In this document: positions 25,381-38,283 of the stretch, piece by piece
Layout: the number at the start of each line of letters is the position of its first letter
Numbering within the stretch: the stretch's first letter is position 1
NCBI RefSeq assembly: GCF_035594765.1
Contig: NC_085842.1
Span: 17,832,782 to 17,896,781 of the forward strand
Direction of reading: 5' to 3'
Length of the DNA stretch: 64,000 bases
DNA from: Anolis carolinensis
Lineage: Eukaryota
Position numbers and translations under genes: made by a program
The notes under the pieces: model-generated
Seen by the model: only the letters and a program-made list of their open reading frames with translations
Database searches by the model: none
What the model was told of the DNA's origin: nothing

Positions 25381-26961
25381 GAATCATAGAGTTGGAAGAG
25401 ACCTCATGGGCCATCCAGTCCAACCCCATTCTGCCAAGAAGCAGGAAATCGTATTCAAAGCACCCCCGACAGATGGCCATCCAGCCTCTGCTTAAAAGCC
25501 TCCAAAGAAGGAGCCTCCACCACAGTCCGGGGGAGAGAGTTTCACTGCCAAACAGCCCTCACTGTGAGGAAGTTCTTCCTGATGTTCAGGTGGAATCTCC
25601 TTTCCTGTAGTTTGAAGCCACTGTTCTGTGTCCTAGTCTGCAGGGCAGCAGAAAACAAGCTTGCTCCCTCCTCCCTATGACTTCCCCTCACGTCTTGATC
25701 CATGGCCCTCATCATGTCTCCTCTCAGCCTTCTCTTTTGCAGGCTAAACATACCCATCTCTTTAAGCCGCTCCTCTTAGGGCTTGTTCTCCAGACCCTTG
25801 ATCATTTTAGTCGCCCTCCTCTAGACACATTCCAGCTTGTCAACATCTCCCTTCAACTGCGGTGTCCAGGACTGGACAGTGTGATTCCAGGTGTGGTCTG
25901 ACCAAGGCAGAATAGAGGGGTAGAATGACTTCCGTGGATCTAGACACTAAACTCCTATTTATGCAGGCCAAAATCCCATCGGCTTTTTAAGCAGCCGCAT
26001 CACATTGCTGGCTCATGTTCACCTTCCTCCCTATGAGAACTCCAAGATCTTTTTCTCACGTACTGCTGTCTAGCCAGGTGTCCCCCATTCTGTATCTTTG
26101 CATTTCATTTTTTCTGTCTAAGTGAAGTATCTTGCATTTGTCCCTGTTGAACTTCATTTTGTTAGTTTCGGCCCATCTCTCTAATCTGTCAAGATCGTTT
26201 TGAATTCTGTTCCTCCCAGTTTGGTGTCGTCTGCAAACTTGATGATCATGCCTTCTAACCCTTCGTCTAAGTCGTTAATAAAGATGTTGAACAGAACCGG
26301 GCCCAGGACGGAGCCCTGCGGCACTCCACTTGTCACTTCTTTCCATGATGAAGACGACGCATTGGTGAGCACCCTTTGGGTTCGTTCGCTTAGCCAGTTA
26401 CAGATCCACCTAACCGTAGTTTTGTCTAGCCCACATTTTACTAGTTTGTTTGCCAGAAGGTCGTGGGGGACTTTGTCGAAGGCCTTACTGAAATCCAGGT
26501 AGGCTACATCCACAGCATTCCCTGTATCGACCCAACTCGTAACTCTATCAAAAAAAGAGATCAGATTAGTCTGGCATGACTTGTTTTTGGTAAATCCGTG
26601 TTCACTATTAGCGATGACCGCATTTGTTTCTAAGTGTTTGCAGACCACTTCCTTAATGATCTTTTCCAGAATCTTGCCTGGTATCGACGTGAGGCTGACC
26701 GGACGGTAATTGTTTGGGTCGTTCTTTTTTCCCTTCTTGAAGATAGGGACCACATTTGCCCTCCTCCAATCTTCTGGGACTTCTCCCGTTCTCCAAGAAC
26801 TCTTAAAGATAATTGCCAGTGGTTCCGAAATAACCTCAGCTAGTTCCTTCAATACTCTTGGAAGTAGTTGATCTGGCCCTGGGGACTTGAATTCGTTTAG
26901 AGCGGCCAGGTGTTCTTGGATGACTTCTTTCCCTATTTGGGGTTGGATTTTCCCTAATCCT
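25381..26961 (-). mobile_element. Young CR1 LINE, 5'-truncated, with internal deletion near 26210
   Basis: [46 protein letters not shown]; CR1 3' tail. Confidence 0.92.
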
Positions 26962-27146
26962 GTGGACAAGTCTACATAGGGACCACCAAACGCACCAGCA
27001 TTGCCCAGACATGAATCAAGGAACGTGAAAGACACTGCAGACTAACTCAACCAGAGAAGTTAGCCGTAGCAGAGCACTTGATGAACCAACCTGGACACAG
27101 AATATTATTTGAGAACACAGAAATGCTGGATCACTCTAACAACTAA
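26962..27146 (+). mobile_element. Penelope-like GIY-YIG fragment
   Basis: similar to 32430-32610 (YIGTTK...AVAEH). Confidence 0.7.
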
Positions 27147-27149
27147 AAA

Positions 27150-27830
27150 ATCCCCCCACCTCCCCTCACTTCTTCCCAGTCTTAATTAAATTCCTAAATG
27201 TTTTTTCGCTTTGTTTTTCAGAGTTTCTAATGCAAAGGGATCGATTTTATTTATTTGTAATTTATTTTGCCATTTCTTACAAATGTACAGTGTTGAGGGG
27301 AGGGGGGCAACCCTTATCTTTTAAAGCTCTTTATTATCAATTTGTTCTCCCATAAATGACCCCTTCTTCCAGTCCTTTAGTTCTTTCTCTAATTTTACCC
27401 ATTTTTTGTCCCTTCCAACTCCATATTGATTAATCTAGCAAATTGACATGTCTCATAATATAACTCCAGCGAGTGGGTTCCCCACCCACCCATTTCTTGG
27501 GTGCCATAAAATATAAAGTTAGAGATTCTGTTTTATTTCCTCCCATTACCGAATTCTTGATGGAGCTGTCCCACTTCCTGAATAGTTTGGTGGGGATATT
27601 TACAGGTACTTTGAAATAAGTATAGAAATTTGGGTAGGATCTTCATCTTATAAATTTTATAAGATGAAGATCCTATAAATTTATCCTTATAAACACTTTA
27701 ACCTTGCTTAAAATTATCATGGTATCATCCGCATAAAGATTGATTTTGATTTCCTCTTAACCTGTCTTATATTTTTTGATGGTTTTCTCCTTTCTAATTA
27801 AATTTCCTAATGGATCGATGGACAGCATGA
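27150..27830 (-). mobile_element. L1 fragment, paralog of 2770-4090
   Basis: shared sequence and shared junction with 3' flank of unit B. Confidence 0.65.
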
Positions 27831-28431
27831 CAATTGTATTTAACCCTCTGAAGGATTATCACAGGGAACTTGCTTTCTGCTGCTCAAGAAAAGAGGACCT
27901 CAAATTAGGGATTCAAATTACAAGAAAGGGGAATCTATCAAATCTTAGGCTGAACTTCTCAAATCAGGTGATATGGGTGTCCTGAGAAGCAAAAGACTTC
28001 TCCAAAACATTCCCAAATCAAACAAAAGCTAAAAGCCTGGAACAGAGTTTGAAACTAAGAAGAGAATTGTCTGAGAAATGAGTCCAAAGTCAAGCCAAAT
28101 ATTACTGGAAGCCAATGGAATAACATGTTTATCTGCCATTTCCCTGTTGAAACACATTTTATTAATTTTGTCCCAGCTCTTTGGGTGATGTCTCTCCTGT
28201 ATGTATTCTGTGATAGTACAAAATATATGAAACATACAAAACATTTCCCACATGCCTGGCATCTGTATGGTTTTTAGCCTGTGTAAATTTCCGCTGACTG
28301 TTAAGGGATGAAGTCTGAGTAAAGCATTTCCCATACTGCTGGCACTTTTACCCTTTCTTTCCTGTATGTAGTTTTTTGTGGTTCTCTAAGCATGTGGGGA
28401 AAGCAAAAGATTTCCCAAACTTCTGGCATTT

Positions 28432-29549
28432 CTATGGCTTTTGTCTTGTGTGGAGTCTTTTGTGCCTCACTAAGGTTGAATTGCGACCAAAACATTCTCC
28501 ACACTCCTGGCATTGGTATGGCTTCTCTCCTGTGTGGACTCTTTTATGCCTCACCAAGGATGAACTGTCAGCAAAACATTTCCCACACTCCTGGCATTGG
28601 TATGGCTTCTCTCCTGTGTGGAGTCTTTTGTGTTTCACCAAGCCTGAACTGTCAGAAAAACACTTCCCACATTCCTGGCAGTGGTACGGCTTCTCTCCTG
28701 TGTGGAATCTTTTGTGGCTTGCCAAGTCTGAACTATCAGCAAAACATTTCCCACACTCATAGCATTGGTATGGCTTCTCTCCTGTGTGGAGTCTTTTGTG
28801 CCTCACCAAGGCTGAACTGTGAGCAAAACATTTCCCACAATCTTGGCATTTGTATGGCTTCTCTCCTGTGTGGAGTCTTTTGTGCCTCACCAAGTCTGAA
28901 TTGCGAGCAAAACATTTCCCACACTCCTGGCATTTGTATGGCTTCTCTCCTGTGTGGAGTATTTTGTGTCTCACCAAGTTTGAACGGTAAGGAAAATATT
29001 TCCCACACTCCTGGCATTGGTATGACTTCCCTCCTGTGTGGGATCTCCAGTGGTCTATAAGGTGTGTGTTCTGAGTAAAACATTTTCCACACTTCTGGCA
29101 CCTGTACTCTTTATTTCTTGTGTGAAGGTTTTTGTGCCTCATCGATTTTGAACTGTAAGCAAAACATTTCCCACACTCTTGGAACAGGTAAGATTCCTGT
29201 TCTGTGTGAAATCTCTCATGTTTCACCAAGTGTGAACACTGGGTAAAAGATTTCCCACACTCTTGGCTTATGAATTCCTCAGTTTCTTCAAAGATTTCTT
29301 GTTGGCTCAGATGTGGCAATTTGTATTCAACAACATGTTTTGCTGATACTTTCCTTTTAAGATGACTTTTCCCAGCACGGAGTATCTTAGTTTGGGTAAA
29401 ACATTGCCCAGATACATTGCATTTGTAGGGTCTTTCTCTGGAAGAATATCCATCTTTTCTATGGATTTGCGGTTGTCTACGAAGGCCCCCATTGTGTTCA
29501 AAATGCTTCCTGCTTTCGGTGAATACACTGCTATTCTTCCAGTTATCTG
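28432..29549 (-). CDS. Unit D, C2H2 zinc-finger exon (8 intact fingers)
   Basis: open frame; TGEKP linkers; cacag|cag acceptor. Confidence 0.92.
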
Positions 29550-29974
29550 CTGTGAAGAAGCAGGACAGAAACAATCATTCCTTGCCATGAGTAATAAGGA
29601 CTCTAATGAAGTGGGATAAGAAGTGGATTGAAAAGATTCAAAAACTGAAGACCTGGCTATATACGCAGGCATTTGAAGAATAAGCATGTGTTGGCTTCGA
29701 CACGGTCTGAATTACGGCTCTTGCATAAGGTCTGGTACATAAGGAATGGCATGGGCACTTTGCATTGTTTTAAACTTTGTATATTGTATTTTATGAATGT
29801 TTTAGTTCATTGTATATCAGTGTAACGGCATCAATTGCCAATTGTAAGCCGCCCTGAGTCCCCCCGGGTGAGAAGGGCGGGGTATAAATGATTGAAATAA
29901 AATAAATAAATGTAAATGCTGTCATTTCCTCACCCCTTGTTTAGCAATTATTAACACTGTTTGACTGCCTAGAC

Positions 29975-30108
29975 CAGGCATGGGCAAACTTTGACCCTCC
30001 AGGTGTTTTGGACTGCAACTCCCACAACTACTAACAGCCTACTGGCTGTTAGGAATTCTGGGAGTTGAAGTCCAAGACACCTGGAGGGTCAAAGTTTGCC
30101 CATGCCTG
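29975..30108. mobile_element. hAT-type MITE
   Basis: TIR CAGGCATGGGCAAACTT...AAGTTTGCCCATGCCTG. Confidence 0.8.
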
Positions 30109-31279
30109 GGAAAGACTCTCTAAGAGAGAGATGGGTAACATATGCTCCAGAGATTACCTGTTGCTCAGCCCAGCCTTTTTTTTTATTCTGTCTCTTTCTC
30201 TCTGGGATAATGGATGCCTTTTCCCTTCACATTCAAATGCTTGCCTTTTTTTCTAGAAAAATCTTTTTTATTTCTCTCCCCCAACCTCCAGTTCTCTCTT
30301 CCCATGTTCAGTTAAGTTTGGATTTTTCTGCTCCAACGTAGAAGGTCCCGTACGTAATTCCAGAGTGCCGCAGATATTGTTACACTTTTACCATCAACTA
30401 CCAAATGGGACTCTTACAGTTTTTGGAAATTTGCTGTAATTGTGAGTTCCAAAGAGATTGATTTGCCTGACAAAGCTGGGAAAATACAAGTTAGTGACTG
30501 TAAAGAAAAAGAGGAGAACAATGAAGAAAGCAGCAAAGGGAAAGAAAAAGGAAGGTCTGTAGGACTCAGCCAGATATAGTGGCAAACTTACCATTAGAAA
30601 GATCGGGGCATATTTTATTACTGCCATATGCCTCTTCCAGGGCACAAAAAAACCCGAACCCCAATTGTTCATAAGCACAGAACATAGACCGCATTATATA
30701 ACAAGTCACCATCTTGCAAATGACTGAGGCTAGGGGCTGTTTGTGTGCTGGGAGAGGCAGCGTAGAACAAGAGCTTAGCCTTCAGACATGCAAAGGCTAG
30801 CCTGCCTAATGGGGAGGAAAAACTAAGTTGAGTACCACACCAATAAAAAGATGTATAGCCATGTCTGCGTATTTGAGGCCATGGGAAGTTTGTTGTTTTT
30901 GATGATCCATTCTCCAGCCAATCTACTTCCTCCATCTCCCTGCCTCCCTTACACACACATATGCACACACACACAGTAGTATGACTGATCTGGGGAGATT
31001 ACTTTTGTTAGGTTATCCAGGGGGTCCTGTTGTTACAAGGGAGTGTGGTAATCCTGGACTTGACTCCAGTCACTGAAGTCTTCCCACTGAAGTTTGAATT
31101 GCTGCCAACATCACTGTTACTCAGGCACTAAGTCAAGGCACACTTATGTCATATATTTCTAAGATAAGCCCTGCCTTGAGAACTCTCAGAGATTGTGATG
31201 ATTTAGCATATTGTTCCCACCAGAGAATTGCTGAAAGGAATAATGCATTTTGAAATCCCTATTAATGAGGGAGCCTTAC

Positions 31280-31406
31280 CAAGAGACTCCATAATCCCAT
31301 GAATCTCCTCCATGATCTGCATGTGCAAGACTTTCTGATCAGGATTCAGAAGAACCCACTCGTCCAGGTAGAAATGGACAGCCACATCCTCAAAGGCGAT
31401 TGGACC
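31280..31406 (-). CDS. Unit D, KRAB-A exon (127 nt)
   Basis: GPIAFEDVAVHFYLDEWVLLNPDQ; AG/GT boundaries. Confidence 0.88.
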
Positions 31407-31479
31407 CTGATGGAAAAAGAAAAAAAGTCCTTATCACATAAGGGCTATCAAGAAAAATAGTTACAAGAAAATCTTTAAT

Positions 31480-32955
31480 CACTAGAATTTCCCAGAAGAC
31501 ATTCAGCCCTGTTTCACCATTGCCTCACCACAAGCTACTTTCAGTGGGAAAATGAATTCTATGAACAGAAAGATGGCATATGTGGATGACACCTTCACAA
31601 TTTGGAGCCATGGAGAAGAAGAACTCAACAAGTTCCTGGACCATCTCAACAGCATCCACCCAAACATGCAATTCTCCATGGAAAAAGAAAACAAAGGAAA
31701 ATTGCAATTTCTAGATGTTTTAGTCATTCGCAAACTAAATCAACAATTGGGCCACACAGTTTACACACACGGATAGATACCTTCATAAAAACACCAACCA
31801 TTACCCAATTAAAAAAAGAAGCACGTTGCAAAAAGAATCTGCGAAGCCCACCTCCTCCAAGGTGAACTAACCCAACTAAACTGGGCTCTACAGGCCGATG
31901 GATACTCCACCATGGACATCCGAAGAGCAGCATGGCCAAGGACAAACCATGAGAGTAAAGACAAAGATGAGTAGCAGCAAAAATGAGATATGAATATATG
32001 ACCTACTGACAGATCCCACCTGGACATGGAAAGCGCTTTAAATGTATATTTAAATGTATAATTATGTATATTTTTAATGTATATTCTTAATTTTATTGTA
32101 ATTTTTAATCTTGATGGATTTTTAAATTTGATGAAAACTGTTTTTTGATATGTATGCTTATATTGTAAGCCGCCCTGAGTCCCCTGATGGGTGAGAAGGG
32201 CTGGGTAGAAGTGATGTAATAAATAAAATAAATAAAGATCCACCCAGAGGAAAAGTGTTCTTACCATATATCAAGGGAACCACTGACTGCATAGGCAAGC
32301 TGATGAAGAAACACAACCTACAAACTATCTGCAGACCCACTAAGAAAAATCCAACAAATGCTATGTTCAGTGAAGTACAAGAGGGATCCTCTCACCTCTG
32401 CAGGAGTCTACCGTATGCATGCAGCTGTGGACAAATCTACATAGGGACCACCAAATGCAGCAGCATTGCCCAGGCACAGCTCAAGGAACATGAAAGGCAC
32501 AGCATACTGACTCAACCAAAGTAGCCAGCCACAGCAGAGCACTTGATGAACCAACCTGGACACAGCATATTATTTGAAAACACAGAAATGCTGGACCACT
32601 CCAACAACTATCATGTCAGACTACATAGAGAAGCCATGGAAATCCACAAACATGTGGACAATTTCAACAGAAAGGAGGAAACCATGAAAATGAACACAAT
32701 CTGGCTACCAGTAACTCTAAAATCAGGACAGTCCATAATGAACAACACTCTGAAAACAGATGAATTGCAGACATAAATCAATCAGGGGCAGCTAACATCT
32801 CAGAACAAAGGATTCCCCCAGGCAGGAATGAAGCTTGCAAGGCCATTAATGCTAATCAAGGTGATTAATTACAACATTCATGCTTCTGGAACATGGCTAT
32901 ACAGCCTGGAAAATGCACATTAACCCAGTGATTTCGGCCATGAAAACCTTCGACA
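31480..32955 (+). mobile_element. Degenerate Penelope-like element (RT end plus GIY-YIG endonuclease)
   Basis: YVDDTF...LNSIHPNMQFSME...FLDV; LPYIKG; CSCGQIYIGTTK. Confidence 0.85.
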
Positions 32956-33774
32956 ACACTTTGTAGAGATATTTGGATTGGTCACAGTCATATCCATTTC
33001 TTAATTGATATATTGAACCAGAAATGGAATCTGGACATGCTCCAGCTTTTATTGTGGTGCCCAGAACTGGACACACCTATTATTTCAGGCGAAGTCTCAC
33101 AAAAGCAGAAAGAAGTTCACCATGATTTCCCTTAATCTAGACACTATATTCCTTTGGATGCAGCCAAAAATCCCATAGACTTTTAAGCTGGTGCATCACA
33201 CTCTTGGCTCATGTTCAACTTGTGGTCTACTAACACTCCAAGATCCCTCTCAGGCCAGGTGTTATGCATCCTGTATCTCTGTGTTGCATATTTTGCGCCT
33301 TAATGTACATTGTATCCTACATTACTCCTTGTTGAAATTAATTTTGTTAGTTTTCACCCAGCTCTCTAACATGTTAAGGCCATTTTGAATTCTGATCCTG
33401 CCTTCTGGAGTATTAGCTATCCCTCCTAATTTGGCGTCATCTGCAATCTTGATAAGCATGCCCTCTAAACCTTCATCCAAGTCAGTAAGAAAGATGTAGA
33501 ACAGCACTGGGCCTAGGACAGAACCCTTCAGCATCCCACTAGTCACTTCTTTCCAGGATGAAGAGGAACCACTGGTGAGAATCCTTTGTCCATTCTTGAA
33601 GATAGTGACAACCTTTGCCTCCTCCAGTCTGTTCGGATTTTTCCCGTTCCCCAAGAATTCTCAAAAATTATTGCCAGTGGTTCTGACATTACTTCTGCTA
33701 GTTCCTTCAATACTCTTGGACGTAGTTCATGTGGCCCTGGAGACTTGAATTCATTTAGAGTGCCCAGGTATTCC

Positions 33775-34167
33775 TGTCAATGTGGGATTTGTGTATTGTT
33801 AGTGTTTAAATGCAATTTGTGCCATATTGGTATTGCAACTGATCGCATCATCTAAAATGTACCATAGTGTGGAAAGAGTTAATTGCCAAGAGCTATGATG
33901 ACCTTGATGTGTAGCTGGAACTAGGGAGTATCCACACACAAGTGTGTGTGCATATTGATTGCGTCAGTTCAGTCGAGTTCTGTCTGCCTAGAGTTCAAGT
34001 CAAGTCCTGTGTTCATCTGTCGTCTGCAAGTCTGTTTGTGTTGATACAGTAAAACTTTGTAAATAGTTTTACCAACATCTCTGAGTGTCTCTTCGTTCTG
34101 GGCTCCACTGCTTCCATCCAACTACTGCTGCGCTGCAAATATTCTGACAATTTGGTTATGGGCCCAG
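33775..34167 (+). mobile_element. LTR (TGTCA...TGACA, 33775-34149) followed by Copia-type PBS GGTTATGGGCCCAG
   Basis: short inverted termini; PBS motif at 34154-34167; interrupts the CR1 sequence that is contiguous in unit B near 10022. Confidence 0.65.
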
Positions 34168-34730
34168 ATCCTAGACTTCTTTACCTATTTTGGGTTGCAC
34201 TTCCCCTTTTACCTCATCTGCTCCATCTGGTTCAAGTAGAATACTGATTCCCTTTTGGAAGAAGACTGAGGCAACACCCTACCATTTCCCTCTCTCCTGT
34301 TTCACCACCTTATCCAGGCAGTGACCCTATCGTTTCCTCGTTTTTGCTTCTTCTACTGACACAACCAAAGAACCGCTTTTATTGTTTTTAATCTCTCTGT
34401 CAAGCCTGAGCTAATTTTCTGCTTTAGTTTGTCAGACCTTTTCCCTACTTATGCTGGTTAGTTGCTTGAATTCTTTGGGGATGACCCCCTTTTCCATTTT
34501 TGTACATGTTGCTTTTAAATCTTAGCTTAATTGAAACTTCTTTTAATGTCCACTCTTGTTTCTTTAGATTTTTTTTTCCTCCTTGTTGCCAGTGTTTGTA
34601 ATTGTACCTTCAGTATTTCACTTTTAAGAAACCAATCTTCTTTGTTTCAACAGATGCTTGATTATTAAACCTGGAACAAATGACACCCAGGCAGATCCAG
34701 TCCTCCTCTCCCAGGAATCCTTCTGCTTAC

Positions 34731-34801
34731 CTGATTCGGTTTCACTCTATCACAAAGGGGAAGAAACGACTGGGGATTTGTCGACAACATCATTCCAGCC
34801 C
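34731..34801 (-). CDS. Unit D, second linker exon (71 nt)
   Basis: AG/GT boundaries. Confidence 0.78.
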
Positions 34802-35169
34802 CTGGGAGAGAGAGCAAGGTGTGGAAAGCCGATCACATAAACATGCCTTAGAGGTTACAAGTATAGTCCTAAAAAGAAACACGTGAGAAAATGACCTTAT
34901 GAACAGAGGAGCATTCAATAGCCCAAGAATATGCAAAATTTAAGGGTTTAGAACTTTATCTCGCAAGCAGTGCTGTGTGTAGGCTGAACTGAAACTAGTA
35001 CTGGGCTTGATATTTCCATTGACTAAAGTTATTTTTTGTTTTATGTTTTTCTTCCAACTCAGTTTCAGGGTTCATATTAGGTTCGAGTCCCACCTTAGAT
35101 ACTGAAGAGCTGAATTTTCAGTCCTATTCATCTTTAGAATCATAGAATCATAGAACTAATGGAGAATCT

Positions 35170-36530
35170 TTGCATTACCATAAGCATTCTACTCCTGCTC
35201 AGACCCCTGGCCATTGACCTGTGGGGTCCCCCAGCTTCACCTCTTTCCTACAGAGCCACTGCAAAGCAGTACCCCCCAATACCCATTCCAGAGAGCTGAC
35301 TCAGAAGGATACCATGGTCGATGGTATCGAAAGCCGCTGAGATGTCCGAGAGAACCAACAGGGTCACACTCTCCCTGTTTAGTACCCTGAGGAGGTCATC
35401 CATCAAGGCAACCAACGCCTTCTCGGTACTGTAACCAGGCCTAAAACCCAACCCTGATGGGTCCAGATGATCTGTCTCAATCAGGAATCCCTGGAGCTGC
35501 GAGGCAACCACGTGCTCTAGAACCTTGCCCAAGAACGGGAGATTGGAAATCGGGCGGTAATTGTTCAACAACAACAGATCAAGGGACGCCTTTTTCAGGA
35601 GAGGTCTTACTACTCCCTGTTTAAAGTTAGATGGAAAATGCCCCTGATCCAACAAAGAATTCATAATCGAAGTCACAATTGGGGGACGCTAATCCTCCGC
35701 TGGCCAGTTTTATCAGCCATGAAGGGCAAGGGTCCAAAGCGCAAGTAGTTGCCCTCACAGCTCCAAGGATCCCCTCGACATCATCTGGGTGAACAATCTG
35801 AAACAAATCTGTTAAAGTCAGACAAGCAGATGCCTCAGTTACCTCCCCTGGAACTACTCTGTCTGGTGTCTAAGTCAGAATGTATCCAAGTGACTTTATC
35901 TGCAAAATGATGGGCGAACCTGCCACATCTGGCTGCCGGGGGGTCGGTGCCCCCCCCCATGTGGACGGAGAAGCTAACCAACCACCAGAAACAGCTCTGC
36001 CAGTCTATTAGTTGCAGACGCAATGCAAGCAGTTAAGAAAGTTTTCTGGCTGCCCCTAAAGCCACAGAATAGACCGTAAGTGAGGCTCTAGCCCGTGTTT
36101 CTGTCGGGCACGCTCTGAGTCCTCCACCAGCAACACTCTAGTCTCTGTCTTGCCCGCTTCATCTCTGCCAGCTCCTCAGTATACCAAGGAGCTGGGTTGA
36201 CTCTGTGTGACGATAAGAGACGCTCAGGGGCGATTGTATCTACGGCCCTGGTCACCTCGGTGTTATAGAGGTCGACCAAGGCCTCAACAGGATCATCTGC
36301 TTGCATGCCAGATAAATCCCCAAGAGACATCAGGAGTCCATTGGGATCCATAAGTCTCCTGGAGTGGACCATCTTAATTAGCCCTCCACCCTTGCGGAGG
36401 TTTATGGTCATGGTTAGTCTAAAAGTGATCAGGTGATGATAGGTCCATGATAATGGGAAAAAAATTTGCTCTTCCACTCCGATATTTACCCGGTACGCAA
36501 TAAAAACTAGGTTCAAAGTGTGTCCAAAGT
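35170..36530 (-). mobile_element. Degenerate L2 LINE fragment
   Basis: VVRPLLKK...NYRPISNLPFLGKVLE...GFRPGYSTE...SAAFDTIDH. Confidence 0.85.
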
Positions 36531-37077
36531 GTGTATTAAAAAAAAATTTCTCTTCTCTTCTTTCTTTCTAATCATCCTGTATACTCATTCTTTCTTAACA
36601 TACTATAATTGTTCACCCACTTTTTATGTATTTTGAAAATTATAAACATTTTAAAAAATTGCAAGAAAGAAAACTGCAAATCACACTGAAATTACACGTT
36701 TTGCAATCGAATACCTACTACTACTACTACTACTACTACTAATAATAATAATAATAATTTTAATAATAATTTTATTTCTTACCTGCCTCTCTGTGCAGCT
36801 CGAGATTATACACAATTTAAATAACATGAACATTGCAAAGTTCAACAGATAGACATATTTCTATAGATCTACATTAAATTTCTAGAAAATACATATTAAA
36901 CTATATAAAACGAACATCAAATAAAGGACATATGTTTAAGATATATACCCATCTCAAGGCCAAATGATCCTGCATATACACCATTTGAAGCTCAAACTGA
37001 CTGTGGATGTGCTATAATACAAAAGGGGATTTACACTGGCATAAAACATCAAAACTCCCAGAAGGGTTCCTTCTTAC

Positions 37078-37204
37078 CCTCCAAGGCTGCAGCCCCATCT
37101 CCTTCCTGCTTCAGCTTCTTCTGCCTGAGACTCTGGGTGGTGTTTGATGGAGATTTCTCTGATGCAGGGACATTAGATTGGACTTCCGTGCAGTTATTTT
37201 GGGC
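37078..37204 (-). CDS. Unit D, first linker exon (127 nt)
   Basis: AG/GT boundaries, open frame. Confidence 0.8.
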
Positions 37205-37550
37205 CTGGAAAAGATCAGAAGTACTATGGAGAAAGTTCAAATAGATTACAGATCTATGTGCAGAAACTGCATGAACTTTTTAAAAAGAATAATTCTGAGA
37301 TGGCAATCTAACAAAGGCCATATGCCCCTCCCATCGTTTTCAGTGTTATATCTGGGGGTCAACAAATCTGAGTAGAGCAGCAACCGAGCTTACATGGATG
37401 TGACAGCAGGAGGGGCAGAGCAGGTGAGAAACGAGGGAACAAAGTTCAGCTTCTGCCTCACATTGGTCACATCTTGGATGAAAGGCAGGATGTATGTTTA
37501 ATCTATCCATCAGTCCCAAGGTTAGTGAAACCAAGAGGAAATGCTCTCAC

Positions 37551-37931
37551 CTGTCCTTCCTGCCTCTTGTCCTCTGCCCGACTCAGGAGGAAGCCTTCCG
37601 CCAGGGCCACCGCCTGGGAACAGGTCTCTGCCCCACACTCTCGGACCCAGCTCCCCATCTCTGGGGGCAGGAGGCTCAGGAACTGCTCCAGGATCACCAG
37701 GTCCAGCATCTCAGCCTTGGTGTGTTGCTCTGGCTTCAGCCACTGGCGGCAGAGATCGTGGAGGCGACTGCAAACCTCCCTGGGTCCCTCGCCCTCTCGG
37801 TAGGAGGACTGCCTGAAGCGCTGGCACTGCATGTGGGCATTCAGGAATGTCTGCATAGTTCTTTCCCAGTATTCTCCACTGCTCCCAGCGACCCTGCCTG
37901 CTTCAGGTACAGGTGAGTTGGGTGTCTCCAT
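37551..37931 (-). CDS. Unit D, SCAN exon coding part (acceptor 38042)
   Basis: SCAN domain; 381 nt. Confidence 0.9.
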
Positions 37932-38283
37932 ATTGGAACCACCCTCACGAAGAACGAAACCGTGTGCAAAATGCTTTCCCTTCCTCTTCTTTCAAAGGAA
38001 TGAAATCTACTCCAAAATTCTCAGCCAACAATCACATTTCCTCTGTGAAATAAAGGCAGAATTAGACAGAAGGCTTCGAGAGGGTTTTGCTTGGAGAGTA
38101 AAAGAACAAGCCCTTTATATATTTCAGAGCCAGGTAATGCTGGGCCCTCCACTCACTTGAGCTTCTGCTTCTCCAGCCTCCAGACCCACCTGGCCTCACC
38201 TGGCCTCCCATTGAACTCCCATTCAGTCCCAACCCACACGATCCCCCCATGATTCCTTCAGATGACATTACATGATCCATAGC

